Assembly: GCA_964247055.1 (NCBI GenBank)
Contig: OZ176056.1
Span: forward strand, 2,046,001 to 2,110,000
Origin: Paragordius varius
Taxonomy: Eukaryota > Animalia > Nematomorpha
Length of the DNA stretch: 64,000 nucleotides
Direction of reading: 5' to 3'
Both the position numbers and the translations under genes were made by a program. The notes under the pieces were generated by a model. It made no database searches. It was not told the DNA's origin and was given only the letters and a program-made list of their open reading frames with translations. Numbering within the stretch: position 1 is the stretch's first letter; each line of letters begins with the position of its first letter. Of the stretch, positions 13,201-26,177 are shown piece by piece.

Positions 13201-16200
13201 AATCATAATATATGTAAGATTTTCATAAAAATATTTAAATTTTTTAAAAATTATTTATTTTCTATAATTAGGGTAAAAGTTTTTTTTAAACCGTATATAT
13301 GTGTAAATTTGTTAAATCATTTAAACATAGATCTAATCAAAACCGTTTAAACTATAAAAACGATGTAAGATTTTGTAAAAACAAAATCTTTAACTTTTTA
13401 ATGTTATTATGGCCTTATTTATAATTATATGACGTTCAATCATTTTTAAAAGATCAAATAACCAAGTAAAATTTTAATCCATTACATCTAAGATTGGATT
13501 ATTTGAGAATCAGTAAAAGTAAAAATATAAAACTTTATATACCTATAATAAATAGCCTCAAATATATAAATTTAAATATAATTTAGAAAAAATTTAATAC
13601 TTTAAATATTTAAAATTGAATAGCAAATAAGCAAACAAAAAATTATAATTGTGTGACATAAAATCATTGCTATCCCTTTTCCATGCATTGAAGGCGTCGT
13701 TTTTTTCTTTAGTGGCCTCTTTTAATTCCTTTTTCCACCACCAATTTTTCTTTTTTTTATTGTATGGTTTGCATATCCCACAAATATTATCTGCTGTTTT
13801 AACTATTGTTTTTAGGTTATCCCATCTTGAACCAATGGATTCACTGTTTTGTTAGAGCGCTTCGGATGCCTGGTTGATGTATTTGTTCCTGATTATTTGA
13901 TTTTGTAGTTTATTGTGGTGATTTTGGCAGGTCTTTGGAAAGGAATTAAAAGAGGTTATTATTAAAGAAAAAAACGACGCCTTCAAAGCATGGAAAAGGG
14001 ATAGCAATGATAAAAACAGACAAACATATCTGATCCCAACACACAAAGCGCAGAAAGAAATTAGAAAAACTATAAATGAAAATTGCTTAAAACTGGCCAC
14101 TAAACTAGAGGATCAGAGGTTAAAAATAAAAAAATCTTTAAATACATAAAGAATATAAACTCAAACAAACAAGATATTATTAAATCCAAATGCATAAAAA
14201 ACAATATGAATGAAATAATCTCTAACCCAGAAAGTGTAATTAAGATATGGAAAGAAAGTTTGGAAGAATCAATGAACCAAACCAACAATTTAAAAATCCC
14301 TCTAACACTAAAACCACCCACGAGCGGACCCATCCACGAAATCACAGAAAATGAAGTATTAAAAGCAATACAAAAAATGAAGCCAAACAAGTCGTCAGGT
14401 GCAAGCGAACTATCAATCGATCTGCTTAAACCAACATGCTTAACATAATACCTTACAACTTTTTTTAATGAAATTCTTACCAAACGTGAAATTCCCCATG
14501 ACTGGAATAACAGTATAACGATCCCTATATATAAAAATAAGGGGGATCGTCTCGTCTGCTCCTCATACCGCCCCTTAAAACTTTTAGAACACACTTTCAA
14601 AATATTTAAGAGCATCATTGACAACCGCCTTAGACATACCATTACAATAACAAATAATTAGTTAGCATTTCGTAAAGAACACAGCACTACAGATGCCATC
14701 TTCATAATCAGGCAACTACAGGAAAAATACCTTTCAAAAAATCAAAAACTTTTCCAAATATTTCTAGACCTGGAGAAAGCTTTTGATAATATCCCTAGGG
14801 CAACAATCAAATGGGCCCTAAGACAAAATTACATCGAAGAATATTTAATAGAAATAATATTACTCCTTTATGAAAATACAACTACAATGGTACGCACGCA
14901 AATAGGAGACACGGAACCTTTCAAGACAAACATTGGCCTACACCAAGGGTCTGTACTTAGTCCATTACTAATCATTATAATATTAGACTGTATAACAAAA
15001 AACATATCTACTCAACCACCCTGGGAGTTAATCTTCGCGGATGACATTGTTTTAACAGATATTTCAATTGAAAATATGTCAAACAAATTCAGAACATGGA
15101 AAATCTGTCTAGAAAATAAAAATAAATATTAATAAAGCAAAAATAATGATATCAGGAGATCGTACGCACCGCCCCAAATATCCATGCGCTATCTGCGACA
15201 AAGAAGTCAAAACAAATTCAATAAAATGCAACAAATGCAAATTCTGGGTTCACAAAAAATGCTCCAAAATCACCGGCAAACTCAACGAACAAATAAACTT
15301 TAAATGTGACAACTGTAAAAACAATAACACAAATCAAACACGCTCGACATATATGACAATCGACGAAAACTCAATAGAAAAAGTAGACCAGTTTACATAC
15401 CTAGGAGACGTCATAGACTCTAAAGGCCATATAACTGGAGCAATAAGGAAACGAATCAAACAAGCATGGGGTAAAGTTAACTCTCTCTAAATTTGTCCTT
15501 AAAAATGAAAATGTATCTAACAATAATAAATGGCTAATATACAAAGCAGGAGTCAGGCCAGCTCTTACTTAGGCCACCGAAACATGGCCCCTAAATAAAT
15601 ACAAATCTTGACAAAATGATAAATACGGAAAACAAAATAATTAAAGCTTGCTGTTCTGACTACAATATTCATCTTAAACACAAAAATGACACAGTAGAAA
15701 AATTTATACAAAGAAGCAGGCTTAAATGGGTCACATTGAAAGAAGACAAACCGACCACCCACTCCAAACCATTAAACACATACAACCCTTTGGAAACAAC
15801 CGCAAAGGGCGCCCAACACATTCCTGGAGCGACAACATTAAAAATGACATAAAAATACTAAACCTCGACATTACCAAATGTCTAGATAAGGACCTTTGGA
15901 ATAAGACCGTTCACGAAAACCTTCAAACATGAAGTCAAAAAGCCATCAAGTAAGTGTGACATAAAATAAAATACTTGAAATTTTTCAGCAATGAGTTTAT
16001 CCAACCATTCCGTGTCAAAATTATTTTTTTGGAAGCTTTCCGTTTCCAACAAAGTTATAAGGTATTCAACAGTAGTTCTAAAATCACCCTTAATCGATAA
16101 TTCTTTAAGGCCAACAACCAAATTCCTAAATAAATTACAAGTTAAGTGAAAAATAGGTAAATTATTTAAAATTAAATTAAAAATGTGAAACCATTTAATA

Positions 16201-19200
16201 CTAAAATTAAATTTTTTTAAAAAATAATTTTCGTAAATAGAAATAGTATAAGGTTAAAAGAATATATATGGTATAAACCAGTGGCAAAGAATTGGGAAAT
16301 CAATAATTTCCAAAAATATGCTCGAAAAATCTTCGTAAAATTAATTTTCTGACACAATTTCTCTAAGTGACACTCTACTTATTAGCAAGAAAAAATAAAA
16401 AAAATGATATATTGTGTTTACATTTTACAGTCCTGAGTATAAATTCGATAGATTACTTATGAATATGCCCATATATATATTTATATATATATTTGATGCG
16501 ACCACAAAATTTTTTTTGAGTTAAAAATGCGTGCGAGGCCATTTATGATGGACACGCCGCTATAAACCACGTTGTAAAAAATTTATTATATCAATTAAAA
16601 AATTTGAATAAATATATATTATTATACGTCAATTTAATTGATTTTTATAATAAACCGAAATACCATTTACAATTCAAATACACCCTCGAAAGATTTAAAT
16701 TCACTTCTGAATAATTAAAATTCACCCTAAAATTATGTGTTTTTGGTCTAATATAACTCATTGATATGAAATATATCATAATGACATAATTTATTATTTT
16801 TTCAGTATTATTCAAATTTAAACGAAATTTCATTTTTTAAAAAAAATATTAAAAAAATATTTGTAATTTTTTATCGTAAAAACATTTAATTTATTTTAGG
16901 GTGAATTTAAATTGTTTGATGATCAATTATTGTTTAAGGGTGAAATTAAATTGTTCAAGGGTAAAATAGAACTGTATATGGTATATTATCCATTTTATAT
17001 TATTATTTATTATATATATAAAATTTTTAATAAATTTAAACATTTCGAATATAAACGAGTAGATATATATACATACATTATTAGGTTAAATATCTTTTAT
17101 TTTTCAAAAAAACTTCTACATTTTTATAAATTATAAGTGTCATGAATATTTTAAAAAAGTTTAAAATGTTAAAATAGATTTAAAAGATAAAAGTTTAAAA
17201 AGTTAAAATAGATTTAAAGGAATACTGTCTAGCTTCATCACGGTTTTCACCCCACGAGAAGCAATGTCCAAACTGGGAATCGGCAAATTCATGCAAACCG
17301 CCCGAAGCCCCAACACTAAAATATCCCCAAATATTTTTGTTACTCCGGAAATTAAGTTCCTAAGAAAATGTATGTTAGAAAATATTGATACAAATAAATA
17401 ATTGATTATATCAAGTTTAAAATGAATAATTAAAAGATAACTGTCTAAAACTAATCGCTTTTCAACCTCAAAAATCACAAATATTTCAAAACAACAAATA
17501 AAAACTTACGCAATTTTACAAAACTTAAAACCCTTTAAATCAAATATTTAACAATAAAAAATTTTCAAAAAAGCTATCTCACTTGAATTTGCCCCGAAGT
17601 TGGTTTAAATCCTTCGTCAGGATTTTCACTCGTTATCCTACAAGCTATGACATGTCCCCGAGGTCGGGGTTTATATTGAGAATCTACACTGGCTGCTGAC
17701 AAGATTGAATATCCATCAGTAACGGAATTATTTAAGCGTTGATTTCGAAACAAAATATTTTCTAGCGCATTTTCGTTTTCATTAATAAAATTTTCAGATA
17801 TTTCAGTTTTTTGGCTTGAAATTTGCATTTCATCATTTTGGTTTGTAAAGGGAGTTTCCGTAACAGTTTGTTTTATTATGGCATTTGTATTATTAGTTAT
17901 GGGTACTAAAAACACCATAAAAGATTAATATAATAAGGCATTTAAGAATGAATCCAAGTTGTTAAAGCAAATTATATGTATTTAAATATAATTCAAATAG
18001 TTTCAAGAGTTTATAATGTATATTATAAAAATAAATCTAATATACAATCAAAACAAGATAGATATATCCAAAAAATTATTTTTTCTCTAGATTTTGATTG
18101 GTTATAAAAATAATTTTATATTCTAAAATTTTTTTATAGAATTAATTTTATAATTATATAAAAACCCGCAAAAATTTATATATAATTTTTCCAAATAATA
18201 ATTGGAAATAAATTTACATTTCCTGGTCAAAAATCTAAAATTATCATAAAAATATGTACTTTGAAGAGGTGATTCAACCATAAACCACGGAGATAAACCC
18301 ATATAAACTCGAATATCTTTTATACGGTAAAGTGGTAAGCCCATAGCAATCTATATATTTAAATTAAAAAATTTAATAAAATTTAATCGATAATCAATTA
18401 AAAAAATATTTATGTATTGTTAAAGAACAAAATTTTGAAATATATATATTATTTAGTGTTGTAATAATAGACTTATGAATTAAAATATATTGTTTTGGCA
18501 AAATTGGTTATTACAATAAAAATGGAAAATCATTAAACAGACTTAATATATATATATACAGTATGAATTTTATGGTTTCTTATTTCACACTAAAGTTGGG
18601 CAATTCGCAACACAGGAGTGTATGGAAAAAAAGAAAAAAAATACAACATTCTCTTGTTTTTTCCACACACTACTATGTTGCAAATTGCCAAACTATTTCC
18701 ACACATTTATTGAAAATTATACCATACAGGTTAATTTTTTAATAACGTATGCAATTACGATTGTCGATTAAACTATTAAGTGTATGATAAATCTTCGACA
18801 TAATACGATAAGTTTTTTTTAGGAAAAATTTAAGGGAAAGTATTAAAAATACGGTATTTTTGTGATAAAATTTTTAACCCTTATAATATAATTTTCGTGC
18901 ATAACTAAAATTCGTGCTTTTATTATTGTCTAAAATACTAATTACGCTTTAAATTGACCCTTGACAATTCAAATTCACCATAAGATAATTATGTATTTTT
19001 CAAGATTAGAAATTATATTTAATTTAAAATATTTATAAAATAAGAAATTCTATTTAGAATTAATATAATACTAAAAAAATAATAGACTATATTATAAGAA
19101 TATAATTCATATTAATTATGAGTTATATTAGCCCAAAAATACATTATTTATTTTTAGGGTAAATTTGAATTGTTCGAGAGTGAAATTAAATTGTTCAAGG

Positions 19201-22200
19201 GTGAATTTCATTTAATGGTATATATTTAATTAAAGAAGCAACAAAATTTTCGGAAAATATATTACATAATATTTTGTTATGATAAAACTATAAAACTTTT
19301 AATATAAACTCTAAACATGACACACATATATATACTTGTAATTGACAAGCCGGTAAATTAATGTCACAAATCATTTCAGTACATGGGTGTTCAACTTGAA
19401 GTCTAGGATTTAGTTCTAAAAAGCAAAAAGTGCCCTTCGCCGTATCATACAAGTATTCTACGGTTCCTGCACTAACGTAGCCTACCATACGGGCTAATCT
19501 TACAGCGGCCTAGCCGGATAATAAAAGTCATATTATTTTGAAAAAATTAATCAATTCTCTGCTCTACAAGTAGCCATAAAAATGAATATATACAGTAAAA
19601 ATTAAAAATATACGGACAACAAATATGTTTTTCTAAAAAACAATCATATATTTTAAATGTTTATTTTTTAAAATAAAACTAATAGATATGTACATTGGTA
19701 ACACAATCAATTACGTATTTTACGATTGTAAAATGATTTTTATAGGATAGTATAAATTAAGGTTTAAAAAGGTAGGGTTGCCTTTTTGTCTGTATAATTT
19801 AAAGTTTTACTGTACATTAACATGACAATAACTTATAATATCAGGATATTTTATATATTAAAATAATTTTAAAACACCATTTAAAGGTGTAAAAAACACC
19901 TTATACTTAAAAGCTTAAAACATTTACCTTTTTAACCGTTTTTAAAAAATTATTCTATATTGACCCAAAACTACACTAAATACATAAACATAATTTATTT
20001 TCACAAACTTTCAGAAAAAATTAAATTTATCGAATATTCATAAATCACAAAAAACTAATTTTCAGAAAAACACTCGAATACTTTCAAAACATTCAAAACA
20101 CCAAAAAAACTCTAAATTAAAACATCAAACCTTTTCCATTTCTTCAATGACGTGGGCGGTTGCTATGGTAACCGGTGCTTCCTCAATAATCTTTTGATGT
20201 CGCCTTTGAATGGAACAATCTCGACCAAAGAGAGAAATAGCTGTTCCATAACTATCAGCCAGCAATTGAACTTCCAAATGCCGACAATGGCTAGCAAGGG
20301 CCATCAAGAAAATGGGTGATCCTGGGACTTCAGTTTGGACCTTTTAGTATATTGCATTGTAGAATTTTGTTATTGATAAGAATTTTAACCCAAAATCCAG
20401 AAATTAAATGAAAAACGATTAATATTTTATCTTTTATTTCTAATTTTAAATGGTTTTTGCTATGTGTGTGCTGTTATATCATTTTTCCCCTATTTTTAAA
20501 TGAATTTATTTTAATATTACATTTGCACTTCGAATTCAAAAATAAATTATGGGTATTTTAAGATTAAAAATTACTTAGTTTTGTATTTTAAATATTGATA
20601 TTTCGTTTGTAATTATACTGAAAAAATAATAAACTATGCTATTAATGATGAGTTATGTAAGCCCGAAAACACCAAATTTATTTTTAGGGTGAATTATTGT
20701 AAATGGTATGCATATCAAACAAAAATAATAATAGAATTGTGTTAAATAAAGTTTAAAAATTATAACATCAAATTCGTAAAATATTATTTTATTAATCGGA
20801 TTGTGTAAATATCAGTAACATCATTAATTATAGCATAAAATTTAAATAAGCCACCCATCCACATAAAAACAAATAATTTCTTTAATAAGGCAAAAATATA
20901 ATTTACCATGATGTTAATTGCTAACAAATATAGGGTTGGAAAAATATCAACGATAATATTGAATGAAAATTCATTCAAATTCAAATGTTAAGTAATTAGA
21001 TGATTTTTAAATTTATGTTAATTAAATAAATTTGGCATCCCTGTTTATATAACCTATTTTAGAGAACTTTTGTAAAACATATATATTTAATAAATTTTCC
21101 AATATTTTGCCGAAAATAAAACCAAAAATATTTACCTGTTTAAAAGCTATTGGAAAATCTTCAGGTTTTAATACTTTACGTATCCCTTTACCTCCACCAC
21201 CTTCAGAAGCTTTAATCATGATGGGGTATCCAATTTTTTTGCTCATCTAACAAAAAAATTTTTTGTTTAAAATATAAAAAATTAGATATAAATGATGACA
21301 TAATTTGATTCAAACTTTTAAGTTAAAAACTGAATTTTTTTAAAAAAAGAAAAAAAACTATTCTTTTAACCATATTTTTATTATCTAGTATATTTCGTTT
21401 TGAGATGCGATACAGGTAAAAGATAATAATTGGTAATTACTTAATTTTTAATTTATTTTAATTACGCAGGTTATGAAGCTAAAATTAAAGATATGCAAAT
21501 AGTTTATACAGGAAAAATATAATTCTTGATTGGTTTCTAAACATCATAACTCACATTTGACAAAACCTTCAAAAAATTAATATTTTATAAAATTAAAAAA
21601 CTCTGACCTTAAAAGCCCAAAAAACTCGAAAAAAAATCTATATAAACTTGTAATCCTTGTTCACAGTTTGAGATACAAGCCGATTCATAAATTTCCGTTG
21701 GAATCAGGTTATTCAAATTATCCAAATCATAATAGGTTGCGGCGTTTTGCGATGCTGAAGTAGAAATACTATTTCCTACATTGGTTATTTGTTTGGTTGT
21801 TGAAACAGTAATACTTTTAGTCATGAGGGATTGATTAACAAAATGTTCGGCATTTATACTTTGTTGTAGGGAGCGACTTTTGACCTCTAAATTTTCAATC
21901 TCTATGCCTGCATTTAAGTTTCAATAATAAAATTATTTCAATTAAAAAATGGACAAAACGTACAAACAATAGGACAAATATTTTTTCAAAGGTCCGTTAT
22001 ATTGTTATTCTCACATAAACTGAATTAAAATTTAAAATTATGTAATTGAGTTAAATAACAATTTATATATCTATTTTTTGTAACCAAAACAATAAGTTAA
22101 ATTAAAAAAATCAAGATACAACAATATGGGTCTTTGATTCTTTTTGACTTTATGTTTTGTCTGTTGAATTTCAATTTTTACTATAAATTAACTAAGAAAC

Positions 22201-24453
22201 GTTAATATATTTGATAATCACAATATGATAAAAATAATTTTGCATACTGATTTTTGCCAAAGATTTCGGGATTTGCTTTAGAAAATGCATTATATTAGGG
22301 TATGACAAAAGGGTTTCAATTAATATTCCGATATAATTAAAAATAAGGGCATAAGTCCCATACAAAATATATTAGTTATGACAAATGCAACATTAAAATT
22401 ATAAAATACTACCATATATTTAATGCAACAATATTTTTTACCATTCAACCATATATTGTTTGTTCCTCTTAAAATTTTTATAGCACAATATTTTAAATAT
22501 TTATAAGTCAAACCAGATTTTAAGACCATGTGGCTTATGTTTAAATTTTCTTTGACATTTAATGAATCATAAATAATTAGAAGATCTAACTAATCCCCAT
22601 CATATTAGAATAGAAACGTACGCCCAAACTTATAGGTTTAAAGATTAAATAGCCAAAATCCCTTAATAAAACAAAAAATATTTGTTGGAAAACTCCCCTT
22701 TAAATTCTTATAATCATTCATTACCTTATATAATCAATTTCTAAACCAAAATTCACAGAACCATTTAAACCTTCGGTATTTTTAACCTTGTTGAAAAACT
22801 CTTCTTTAAATTCCAAAAAAATCATTACCTTATATATTAAATTTCTTGGCAAAAAACTCACAAAGCCATTTACAACCTTCGGTATTTCTAACCTTTAAAA
22901 CCACCCATCAAAAAACTTCAACACAAATCATTCGCTTATATATTCAATTTCTTAGCCAAAAAATTCACAAAACCATTTACAACCTTCGGTATTTTTAACC
23001 GTTAAACCACATTTCAAACCTTTAAATTCTAATATCATATTCAATTCTTAACCAAACCAAAACTCACAATAACCGTTAAACCACATTTCAAACCTTTAAA
23101 TTCTAATATCATATTCAATTCTTAACCAAACCAAAACTCACAATAACCGTTAAAACCACATTTCTAACCTTTAAAACTTTAAAAACCACAAAACCTCAAC
23201 ACAATTTTTTTCAAATCTAAACCTGATCCACTCCAAGCCAGGGTAGGAACATGAGCGCTTTGTGCAATCAGAGTAGAGGCTATTTTATCACCCAGGGCAT
23301 GCATAGCAAATGCCGAAGGGCCCAAGAAGGCCAGGCAGCGGTCCGCTAAAGCAAAGGGCAGGGCCGGATTTTCACTGGCATGACCCCAACCGGCCCAAAC
23401 TGCATCCGCCCCTGTCCGCACACAAATCTCTACAATGAGTTCAACGTTGGCGTAATTGTGATTGTTGGAACCGCCTGGAACAGGGACATATTGATCCGCC
23501 ATTTTTATGTACTCTATTATTCATATTCATATTATTATTAAGGGGAAATTTATATATATATATATTGAAAGAAAGGTATATTTTAATATTTGGAAACAAA
23601 GAGATGGTTTTCTATTTCAATTATTTGTATTCAAATTATTTAATAGGATAACCTTCCCCATAAGAACCCCAAATGTTGGAAAAAAATACATAATTTATTT
23701 ACGCATTAATCATGCTTTTTTTAAGAATATATTAAAAAATTGTGAGATTTAAAAAATAATTATTTAAGTAAAATTTTTAAATTAAAGGGTGCATTAGAGG
23801 GTTTTATTATACCCACAAACAAGACATTTTTGGAAGGTGTTCATGGTTAAACGATTATATTATGGTTTAATTAAAAAATTAGAAAAGTTGATAAAAAACA
23901 GCAATATTTAATCATTTTATAAGCATTGTTTTTTAGAAAATTTTTTATATATGAGGTAATTAAAGGGGGTACATTTTTATTGGAAAATCAAAAAATTAAA
24001 TTGTCAATAAATTAATTTTTGATTTATATTTTCATTTCGAAACTTATGTTCTATAAAAAAATAAACTATGGAAAAACAAGCCGAATTTTAATCAACAGTC
24101 AAAATAAAAAAAAGTAATTTTAATACATTGTTTTTGCTTATAATGACGTATATTTTACCAGCATTAGCTTTTAAATCTTCGGGAGTCACCATGACAACAA
24201 ATTTTATCGCTCGTTCGTTTCGAAACATTTCGTATGCCCATCTTCGAATAGATCGCATACATTTAACCGCAGCTATACCATTGTTGGCAATAAGGATCTA
24301 AATTTTTAACATTATAAAAATTACCTTTTGAATTAGAGTGGTTCCCCCAAATTTTATAACAAATTCTTCGGGATTGGATAGCGTAAGCGAGCCATGTTTT
24401 GAAGCACTTATATTATTAATCGATGTATCCAAAACACTTATATCGGATGACAT
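10201..24453 (-). CDS. ACC: Acetyl-CoA carboxylase, copy 1: exons 1-14 only (BC domain + following linker, ~789 codons); no biotinyl or CT exons in window
   Basis: Exons: 24325-24453, 24159-24297, 23223-23513, 21648-21907, 21136-21246, 20131-20340, 19336-19509, 18260-18350, 17583-17905, 17226-17359, 15975-16125, 12488-12673, 10544-10614, 10201-10298. All are GT-AG and phase-consistent (2368 nt). Motifs include [92 protein letters not shown] and YVKEEV. Confidence 0.95.
11061..11228. mobile_element. Palindromic MITE (family 2; TA-CAGT ends, Tc1/mariner-like)
   Basis: Long inverted arms ttatttcacactata...tagtgtatggaaa / tttccatacacta...tatagtgtgaaataag. Related copies at ~18558-18700, 35454-35632 and ~56608-56755. 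Confidence 0.75.
11420..12540 (-). repeat. Tandem degenerate copies of the 3' end plus splice donor of ACC exon 12
   Basis: Motif ctaacctgtacactatatttaatgccttcacgtattaaatcaaccgaaag at ~11420, 11604, 11745, 11928, 12115, 12311 and at the real exon end 12483. Confidence 0.9.
12641..13150 (-). repeat. Tandem degenerate copies of the acceptor plus 5' end of ACC exon 12
   Basis: tataactccaatcaaggtatccggtttttcggactaatt at 12641 (real), ~12851 and ~13113. Confidence 0.85.
13665..15953 (+). mobile_element. Degenerate 5'-truncated RTE/RTEX-like non-LTR retrotransposon with 5' inversion, in ACC intron 11 and antisense to ACC
   Basis: RT motifs [42 protein letters not shown] and FADDIVL, plus a Cys-rich finger (CAIC...[12 protein letters not shown]...CDNC). 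Several stops and frameshifts. 14-bp direct repeat gtgtgacataaaat at 13651-13664 and 15954-15967. 3' end ...caagtaa. Absent from ACC copy 2. Confidence 0.92.
16655..16990. mobile_element. Foldback-type element (family 3) with inverted arms built from ttcaccc...aattcaaa subrepeats
   Basis: Arms taccatttacaattcaaa...ttcaccctaaaa and ttagggtgaattt...atggtata. Relatives at ~18940-19225, ~36745-37020 and ~56990-57275; fragments at ~9790-9860 and ~20640-20715. Confidence 0.65.
19593..19812. mobile_element. Tc1/mariner-like MITE (family 1), TA TSD
   Basis: ta-CAGTAAAAATT...TTTTACTG-ta. The equivalent site in copy 2 (~57945-57955) is empty. Confidence 0.85.
22700..23200. repeat. Intronic tandem repeats in ACC intron 3, including an exact 74-bp duplication
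   Basis: aaccgttaaaccacatttc...actcacaat units start at 22997, 23071 and 23145 (partial). The aaccttcggtattt unit repeats upstream. Copy 2 has fewer units (~60560-60860). Confidence 0.85.
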
Positions 24454-26177
24454 AAAATTTAAAGCGAAAAAACACGCGTTTTTACGTGATTGTATGATAT
24501 TGAAGCTGTGCCAATTTATTATACAAGAACAAGGGTACTTTTGTTCAGCTCAAAATTATTTTTGTAGGTCCTTACTTATGATTTATTTATAAAGTATGGC
24601 AAATACTTTACTGTTACAAAATACTAGCCAAATAAAAACTAAAAAATAATATTATAAATTCAAGATAAAAAAAGAGTTTATAAATTAGTTTAGAATATAT
24701 GTTTGGTAATTATGATTTGTGCTTAATATTTCGCGATTACATATAGGGTGATTATTGATCGAGAGTGCTCCCAATGGTATCCAAATCTTAAAACACGTAT
24801 TCTATGGCTTTGGTGCAGTGTGCGAAAATATTATATTTAAAACTGTATGATTTAAAAAAATTTACTTAAACCTATTTTTTTGTTGTATATTTTAGAAAAA
24901 AACTAAAATTCTTTATATTTTTCCATTTTAACACTTTATATCCTTTTGAGGTAGTGTTACAACCAAGTGCCCCTTAAAATATCATAAAAATATTTTTAGC
25001 GTTAGGCTAAATTTAATGATATGCTGTTTTAGCCTCTTAGTATGATAAAATAAGGTAAAAATGCCTGTAAACTTTTTTCCTTAATATTTTTATATCGCGA
25101 ATACAACAGGCAAATAAATGTATCATTATGAAAAAGCTTTCGGATTATAGAAATTTTTGATATTTATCTAATATCAGCTACTTGCTTCAATCATGTTTTG
25201 GAGTTATCCGTTAGAATTAAAAATGTTAACTGTAAAAATTATAAATATTTTTATCTAGAAGACATAATTAAACAAATTTCAGTCAAATTGATTTTAAAAC
25301 AGTTATGTTACGAAAATCTCTGGATTAGAAAACCCCCTCAACATGCCATCTCGTACAGATAATGTAATAAATTGTTAACCATTTATTTAGTTTTGGAGTG
25401 AGTCTTTGGTTATAAGTGTGAAATTAAGAGTTAAGAAACTAGGATTTATAAAATATAACACTTATCTAATAAATTTAAAATTAATTTTTATTTTATGGTT
25501 CTGACGTACAAATACCCCAAAATATTTTTATCTATTCCACGTGCATAAAATAAAAGAAATGTTTATTCATTGAGGTAACATTTATAGAACAGTGGTTTAT
25601 ATATCAAAGGATATAGTTTGAAAAAATAAAAAGATAAAAGGGGAGTTAAATGGCTAAACTAAAATTATGTAATATAGGCATTTATAAATAATTTATTAAA
25701 TTTCAAACGTAAAAACAATTGTTTCCCGTTTTTTCCAATAGGGTAGATGTACATGTAGATATATTGTTTTAAACATTAATTTTTATAAGATTTTGTGAGC
25801 AAATGTTTGCCAATTATGATTTTCCTAATATTTCGCAAGTCGCACGTGAGGTCTTGGAGGGCCGCATATTGGACAAATCTGGCTTGAATCAATTTTTTTC
25901 GGAGCATGTTATGCGCCGTTTTGAGATGTATTTATAATTATTTATTTTTTTATAACACCAATGCAGTTTCTGCTTTTAATTGTATTTTACAGGTTACATC
26001 TAATATTATAAGTTACTTCTTAACGAATAACCTTTGTTTTATGTTACCTTCAATTTTAGAAATATAATCACATATCAAATATATTTATTGGGTAAACTTG
26101 GTGAATAGTGTTACTACAATATTTGATCTATAATATTCATGGAAAATCTTCCAAAAATATTATATATGACAAATAAA

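Noticed and set aside
14100-14642. 180-aa minus-strand [11 protein letters not shown]...
   Set aside because: Antisense shadow of the plus-strand LINE RT region.
24490-26170. snoRNA host gene
   Set aside because: No box C (TGATGA) / box D pairs seen in the putative introns.
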